Source: a virus (lineage: Duplodnaviria; Caudoviricetes). Taken from it: a stretch of 35,652 nucleotides of DNA. Position 1 is the first letter of the stretch. Every line of letters begins with the position of its first letter. The stretch lies in IMG/VR virus record IMGVR_UViG_3300033067_000948, positions 1 to 35,652 of that record; one strand, written 5' to 3'. Position numbers and translations under genes: made by a program. Below, in pieces: positions 34,058 through 35,652 of this stretch. The notes beneath the pieces were generated by a model, which was not told the DNA's origin, searched no databases, and was given only the letters and a program-made list of their open reading frames with translations.

Positions 34058-34414
34058 TCAGTGTTTGATGTTAGCAATAATAAGCTTGACAATCCAGGCG
34101 TGGCCGGTAAAGTCAAAATCCTCGTCCCCCATAAACCGAAACGCAATCTTGTCCTGGTGGTCACCGGTCAGCGCGGTTGGGCCATTGAGCGTGCCCTTAG
34201 TGCGCAGGTCCGGGTGATATTCAACCAGAGCCAAGTAGCGGTCGCCTAGGCGCAGGTCCTGGTCCATTGTGTAAACCAGCGGCTTCTTAGCCTTGCCGGA
34301 GAACTCCAGCACAGGCGGCAGATAGATGGCGTCCTCGACAGCGTGCGGCCCTTCGACCTTCAGCCAGCCTTTCTTCATAGCAATGCCGATGCCGGCTTTT
34401 CCTAATACTTCCAT
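34058..34414 (-). CDS. hypothetical protein, possible degenerate dUTPase fold
   Basis: GAGGTG SD; spacing of LVEYHPDLRTKG/NGPTALTGDHQDKI/WIVKLII recalls trimeric dUTPase motifs 2-4 without the catalytic residues. Confidence 0.55.
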   Translation of the reverse strand: MEVLGKAGIGIAMKKGWLKVEGPHAVEDAIYLPPVLEFSGKAKKPLVYTMDQDLRLGDRYLALVEYHPDLRTKGTLNGPTALTGDHQDKIAFRFMGDEDFDFTGHAWIVKLIIANIKH

Positions 34415-34422
34415 TGTTCACC

Positions 34423-34527
34423 TCATCCTAAGCTGTCAAACATTTTACCAGCTGCGTATCCAGCAGCCAACGCAATCGCGGCGATGGCTAGTGCTCCAGG
34501 CCAAGTCAGGCTATTGATCCATTCCAT
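34423..34527 (-). CDS. single-transmembrane microprotein, 34 aa, not in the ORF track
   Basis: GGAGGTG SD, TGATG coupling; MEWINSLTWPGALAIAAIALAAGYAAGKMFDSLG. Confidence 0.65.
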   Translation of the reverse strand: MEWINSLTWPGALAIAAIALAAGYAAGKMFDSLG

Positions 34528-34838
34528 CAGTCACCTCCTTTGATATTGTTGATCTCTTTGCTTACGTTCTTGACTGTATCCTTGTCATTGGCCGCCTTGG
34601 CCTGCGACTTCAGCCGCTTCAGCTGGTTTAATTCACGAACTGTGCCAAAGCGTTTAGTGCCGTCAAGGTACGTGGCGCTGGTTCTTGTGCGTACGTTGGG
34701 GGCAGCCAGCATGCGGCGCATAGATTGCTCTCCGCAAGCAGGACATGTCATCCATTCGTCCCTGTGGATCCGGTCAATCAAGTCTTCCATAGTATGCTGG
34801 CACTGGAGGCAGCCAAGCAGCATTGACTCATAGGCCAT
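34527..34838 (-). CDS. FmdB-like zinc-ribbon protein
   Basis: CLQCQH...CPACG...MRRMLAAP; start at MAYES (34838). Confidence 0.7.
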   Translation of the reverse strand: MAYESMLLGCLQCQHTMEDLIDRIHRDEWMTCPACGEQSMRRMLAAPNVRTRTSATYLDGTKRFGTVRELNQLKRLKSQAKAANDKDTVKNVSKEINNIKGGD

Positions 34839-35238
34839 TGGTCTGCCTCGCTTTGTCAAGTTGCTCCTGCAGCACAGCATTAAGGTCAGCAACCAGCTGG
34901 CTGTCGCTCATATAGTGGTTCTGATTGGTGCGGTCGCGCTCCTGCAGCTTGGTCTTGTGCGCGTCCATTACAGACTCAACGGAGAAATTTAAACACTCCA
35001 TGATTCTAAATAGATAGTGCAGGCAATCGCCAAGCTCTAACAACGCCGCGCGTTGATCCAGCGGACGATTGTACATCAGGTGTTTCTTAACCACGTCAAC
35101 CAGCTCGCCTGTCTCACCACTAAGTCCCAAGAGAGCATGGGTCAGCTCGGCATTGGCTGCCAAGTTAGCGGCACGCATTGGCACGCGGTCAAGTGTGTAG
35201 CGCGAGTTGCAAAAGTCTACAAATTCCTTAAGGTTCAT
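34828..35238 (-). CDS. MazG-like NTP pyrophosphohydrolase
   Basis: ALLGLSGETGELVDVVKK...LELGDCLHYL (ExxE and ExxD motifs); GGAGG SD before MNLKEF. Confidence 0.85.
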   Translation of the reverse strand: MNLKEFVDFCNSRYTLDRVPMRAANLAANAELTHALLGLSGETGELVDVVKKHLMYNRPLDQRAALLELGDCLHYLFRIMECLNFSVESVMDAHKTKLQERDRTNQNHYMSDSQLVADLNAVLQEQLDKARQTNGL

Positions 35239-35399
35239 TCTACTGCCTCCATTGCGTGATATATCCAGCCTACTACGGACGCGGCGCATATTGCGGCCAT
35301 CCACCAGTTGTCAAAAATCTGGCCCCAGATATATGTGCCAACGCAGCAGATAGCGGCGGCTGTCATACATCCTGCGCCGTAGATAAATTTATTGATCAT
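35235..35399 (-). CDS. small two-transmembrane protein, 54 aa, not in the ORF track
   Basis: MINKFIYGAGCMTAAAICCVGTYIWGQIFDNWWMAAICAASVVGWIYHAMEAVE; ATGA overlap with the MazG-like gene. Confidence 0.6.
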   Translation of the reverse strand: MINKFIYGAGCMTAAAICCVGTYIWGQIFDNWWMAAICAASVVGWIYHAMEAVE

Positions 35400-35652
35400 T
35401 TAGCTTCCACCTTTTTGTATTTTTTGAATTTTCCGAATGGGTAACCCAGCGCATATTACTTGTGTTGTAACCTAAAGCAGAATCAATTCTATCTACACTA
35501 GGTGTCAGTTTTCTGTCATAGTCCGAGCTTTTCCAGGTTTCGTATAAAACGTCAAAGTCTGCTGAACCTATGGCCCAATTGTAAAATTCATCCCTAGACA
35601 GCAGGTCTTTACCTTGATACAAATGCCATTTTAATTTTTGCACACCAGTTAT
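35389..35652 (-). CDS. HNH-like endonuclease, 5' end outside the window
   Basis: PSVDRIDSALGYNTSNMRWVTHSENS motif; AT-rich. Confidence 0.7.
   Translation of the reverse strand: MTGVQKLKWHLYQGKDLLSRDEFYNWAIGSADFDVLYETWKSSDYDRKLTPSVDRIDSALGYNTSNMRWVTHSENSKNTKRWKLNDQ

Overview
The window is a ~35.6 kb piece of a tailed dsDNA phage (Caudoviricetes) genome with podovirus-like gene content; no integrase or host genes are visible. The + strand (278-33805) carries, in order: a small cassette behind a consensus sigma70 promoter that encodes a shortened FliA/sigma28-like sigma factor and a TerS-like protein; a 556-bp non-coding region with divergent promoters and a candidate ~95-nt structured RNA; an HExxH metallopeptidase; an array of small beta-rich, partly paralogous putative head spike/decoration genes ending in a permuted papain-like amidase; terminase large subunit, portal, scaffold and major capsid protein; an HNH-AP2 homing endonuclease; tail fibre, adaptor and an oversized nozzle; and five Q/A-rich ejection-type proteins. 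From 33802 to the end, a convergent - strand arm encodes small accessory genes (possible degenerate dUTPase fold, FmdB-type zinc ribbon, MazG-like pyrophosphatase, truncated HNH-like protein). The most promising undescribed element is the sigma factor plus the adjacent non-coding regulatory region (670-2183). All calls come from reading motifs, synteny and base pairing by eye; no database searches or folding programs were run.
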